Below, piece after piece: positions 15,290 through 18,158 of a stretch of DNA of 18,158 nucleotides. The stretch comes from Verrucomicrobiota bacterium (GTDB lineage Bacteria; Verrucomicrobiota; Verrucomicrobiia; Limisphaerales; CANJXF01). A program made the position numbers and the translations under genes. The first letter of the stretch is position 1; each line of letters starts with the position of its first letter. The notes below the pieces were generated by a model. It saw only the letters and a list, made by a program, of their open reading frames with translations. It did no database searches and had not been told where the DNA came from. Location: contig JBBQRQ010000104.1 of assembly GCA_038214755.1 (NCBI GenBank), forward strand, positions 1-18,158, read 5' to 3'.

Positions 15290-17479
15290 TTAGTATCCCA
15301 CCAGCAGCGAAGGTTTGTCGCGGTCGGAGTTGAGCTTGAATCGCGGGTGCGCCTTCAACGAAAACGTGGCGGCGATTGTGTAATCGTCTTTTCCAGTTCG
15401 GTTATCGCGCACTCGGAAAGTCAACGCCGAGGTCCAACTCCGCAGGTCGCGGTAGAGAGTGTAATATTGTTCCTCCAACGTGCCATCACGCGTTTCAAAA
15501 TGATGCGAGATGCGCGTCGCCCAATTCTCATTCATTTTATAATAGAAGCTCGTCGTGATCAGATTGCGGCCTTCATCGCCGCCGAGGCCGGTGTTGCGAT
15601 CGAGATACCGATGACCAAGGCTGACGCTCCAGATGTTATTTGGTTCGAGAACGAGTCGATGATCGGCCTCGACCCAGCGACGACGATCCAGGTCGTAGCG
15701 GGTGTCAGATTGAAAGGTGATCCAAGTGCGCGGTTTGAATTCCAACGTCGAAGTGAGCGGCGCGAACGTGGTTTGGTTGGTGCGCGTTCTCAATCGCCAA
15801 TCCGTGAACAAACTCCAGTTCACAAAATTTTCGATCCGCCCATCGCGTTTGGTTTGCAGACGATTGCCCAGGCCGAACCGCAAAACATTTTGCGCGTCGA
15901 TGGAGTCGATGGCGTTGTATTCGGGAAACTCAATCGGCAACGTGCGCAAGCTCGCCAGTTCAGGATCGAATTGCGGCAATTGCGGCGGGAGAACATTGGG
16001 ACGCGGAACGAAAACGTAATTGATCGACGGCTCGATGATGTGACGAATCCCATCGAGATCAAAAAATTTATTTTCCGCACCAGCCCAGACCCGCGATGAC
16101 TTGAAGGAAATTTCCGCGCCGGTGTTGAAGACAGCGCGGGTCTGCTCCCGGGTCGTCGCGCCGGGGCCGTTGGCTTCTTCGTAGTAAGTAAACCTCCCGC
16201 CCGCGCGCGGAACAAAATTCAACCAGCCAAAAAAAGTCTGCGGCAAAACAATTTGATGAAAGGTGTCGGCGCGAGCCGCGGAATAATTGGTGGAGTTGTC
16301 CACGAATTGTTTTCGATAATAACCAGCGGAACTTTCTCCTTCGTAATACAACGGCAGGTTCCACAACTGCTGGCGGAGGGCGGTGAGTTTTACATCAGGC
16401 AGGCGTTCCACCGTTTCCAAAAAATCGTTCACCTGCGGTTGCGCGATAAAATCCAGCGTGAAATTGGACCACTGTTGGTTCACTTCCAAAAAAGATTTCG
16501 GCTGGATGTTGTGGCGATATTGCGTCTCAAAAAAATCGTGGTCCACGCGAGAGTCGCTCTGATAATTGGCCACCGCCGTGACCGTCAGATTGGTGCGAAT
16601 GGAAACCTGGTGGGAAAAAGCGATGCGATGGCGTTCGCGCGGAATGGGTTTGGACAAACCGTTTGTGCCGAATCTTTTCTGGTTGGGGTCTTTGTCGTGG
16701 GCGTAATAATAATCGATATCGCCCTCACCCAATTTGCCCAGCCGATAAACGAGATCGTGTCCCAGTCCAACTCCGCGCAATTGTCGATAATCCAATCGCA
16801 CGGCTCCATCCAAACTTTCCTTCGAATACCAGCGGTAGGTCGTGAGCAAATACGGCCCGTAAAAACTGCGGTAGCCGGGAGTGAAATCGAAATGATTCAC
16901 GCGGTAGCCGAGATTGCGACGATAATATGGGAAATAAAAAACCGGCACACCGCCGACGCGCAACGTGGCATTGCGGGCTTCGAAATATTGGCCCGGAACA
17001 ATCGTCAGTTTGCTCGCGCGAATTTTGTAAATCGGATTGGCCACATCGTCCGTCGTCACAAAGGCGTTCGTGGCGGAATAAGTTTGGTTGGTTTGATTTC
17101 CGGTGAGCGCCTCGCCCGCAATAAAAAACGGAACGCGACCGGCCTTGAAGTGTTCCGTTTGCATCTGGCGCGATTTAAAATTGTAAATAACGCGGTCACC
17201 TTTCCAGAGCATCCCGCGGGTGTTGATGATGACATTTCCTTGGGCCGAAACTTCGCCGGTTTGCTCATTGGCCGTCGCGCTGTCCGCGGTGAGAAGGACG
17301 TTGCTGTAGGAAATAGAGACGCCGTTGGTGGCGACTGAGATTCCCGTGGCTGGGTCAAATTCGAGAAAGCCGTTGGTGTTTTGCGATTCGATTACCCACT
17401 CAGGCGGCGTCTCGGAGTGGGCGGCAACCGCGATGCAACTGAAGAGAAAAATAAGGCAAAGCGCGCGCAGTTGTTTCAT
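15290..17479 (-). CDS. lptD: LPS-assembly outer membrane protein LptD
   Basis: signal peptide from MKQLRAL (17479); OstA-like LTAD...A.GNV; NATL.VGGVPVFYFPY; aromatic amphipathic beta-strands; LERLP-like VERLPD; RHIIEP. Confidence 0.85.
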   Translation of the reverse strand: MKQLRALCLIFLFSCIAVAAHSETPPEWVIESQNTNGFLEFDPATGISVATNGVSISYSNVLLTADSATANEQTGEVSAQGNVIINTRGMLWKGDRVIYNFKSRQMQTEHFKAGRVPFFIAGEALTGNQTNQTYSATNAFVTTDDVANPIYKIRASKLTIVPGQYFEARNATLRVGGVPVFYFPYYRRNLGYRVNHFDFTPGYRSFYGPYLLTTYRWYSKESLDGAVRLDYRQLRGVGLGHDLVYRLGKLGEGDIDYYYAHDKDPNQKRFGTNGLSKPIPRERHRIAFSHQVSIRTNLTVTAVANYQSDSRVDHDFFETQYRHNIQPKSFLEVNQQWSNFTLDFIAQPQVNDFLETVERLPDVKLTALRQQLWNLPLYYEGESSAGYYRKQFVDNSTNYSAARADTFHQIVLPQTFFGWLNFVPRAGGRFTYYEEANGPGATTREQTRAVFNTGAEISFKSSRVWAGAENKFFDLDGIRHIIEPSINYVFVPRPNVLPPQLPQFDPELASLRTLPIEFPEYNAIDSIDAQNVLRFGLGNRLQTKRDGRIENFVNWSLFTDWRLRTRTNQTTFAPLTSTLEFKPRTWITFQSDTRYDLDRRRWVEADHRLVLEPNNIWSVSLGHRYLDRNTGLGGDEGRNLITTSFYYKMNENWATRISHHFETRDGTLEEQYYTLYRDLRSWTSALTFRVRDNRTGKDDYTIAATFSLKAHPRFKLNSDRDKPSLLVGY

Positions 17480-17538
17480 CAAGCGCGCGAAGCTAAACAA
17501 AATCCGCAAATGCTGCCAAGTGGTGATTTAGAATTCGT

Positions 17539-17700
17539 GCGGGGTCGCAACAGCCTCCGACGGGTGCGAACTCGTTTCAATTCGATGTTGGATGTTGGTT
17601 GTTCGATGTTCGGTGTTTTTGAGTTGAACATCGAACAACCAACATCGAACGCTGAACACCGAAGTGCAGATTTCACACCCGCGGGAGGCAGGTGGATCCG
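17539..17700. repeat. degenerate relative of the 6922-7042 element with a nested heptamer palindrome
   Basis: arms gcctccgacgggtgcgaa / ttcacacccgcgggaggc; internal ttcgatg-type heptamers x5 then gaacatc-type x5 (17581-17663). Confidence 0.85.
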
Positions 17701-17701
17701 T

Positions 17702-18158
17702 TCACTTTACAAATTCCACTTCGGTAAAACCCATGAGGTGAAACAGATTTTTCACCTGACTGCGAGCGCGTTCGTCAGCTTCTTTCAAGATGCCGTTGTT
17801 GAGCGCGGCGAGTTTCAAATCGTTGACCGCCTGACGCCGGGCGTTTTGTTCCAGGTTGCGATCAAAGCTGCGCATCAAGCCGGTGTTCCGCTCGAGCACC
17901 TGGGTTTTTTTGTCGTCGAGAAAAGCGTCGATAATTTTCGCCGGCGGCAACTTGATAAAAATTTTTTTCTCGGCAACCCGAATATCATTTTGCCCAAGTT
18001 TTTGAAAATCGATGCCGGCTTTGACGATTCCATGAGCGACGAGCATGACGCGATTTTCGCCATACCATTTCACATCTTCAAGGATGACCAGCTTTTCAAA
18101 AATGTATTTCACAGTGGACAATTCCGAGATGGTTTGCACCTGCTTCAAAAGGGTGGAG
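17702..18158 (-). CDS. DUF4230-like protein, 5' end outside the window
   Basis: frame open to the right edge; SEL.TVKY, G.VKAGID, I.LPPAKI, A...GIL..A..RA pattern. Confidence 0.8.
   Translation of the reverse strand, partial: STLLKQVQTISELSTVKYIFEKLVILEDVKWYGENRVMLVAHGIVKAGIDFQKLGQNDIRVAEKKIFIKLPPAKIIDAFLDDKKTQVLERNTGLMRSFDRNLEQNARRQAVNDLKLAALNNGILKEADERARSQVKNLFHLMGFTEVEFVK

Noticed and set aside
15347..17338. 250-aa and 361-aa plus-strand ORFs opposite lptD
   Set aside because: Antisense shadows with no protein-like motifs
17479..17676. 65-aa ORF upstream of lptD
   Set aside because: It is a translation of the heptamer palindrome

Overview
GC-rich bacterial chromosomal segment; the gene and repeat style suggests Verrucomicrobia/PVC, which is inference only. 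Housekeeping genes: purN, a MASE1-PAS-PAS hybrid histidine kinase, CYTH, VOC, Nudix, rsmA, a class-III aminotransferase, queE, a Glu/Leu/Phe/Val dehydrogenase, lptD and a partial DUF4230 gene. Accessory elements: two type II toxin-antitoxin modules (RelE/ParE-like and Xre-RES) and a complete 1720-bp IS1380-family element with 17-bp TIRs and a TTAA target duplication. The most unusual signals lie outside the gene list. (1) About eleven REP/REPIN-like paired palindromes of mostly different families fill most intergenic gaps. One is inserted in frame (120 bp) inside rsmA and two supply stop codons. (2) Heptamer tandem tracts sit in frame inside coding genes and nested inside one palindromic element. 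(3) A single-gene ~1.15-kb insert is bracketed by two diverged copies of the lptD 3' end; the orphan copy differs mostly at synonymous sites plus a nonsense change and a frameshift. No CRISPR array, tRNA or rRNA gene was recognised.
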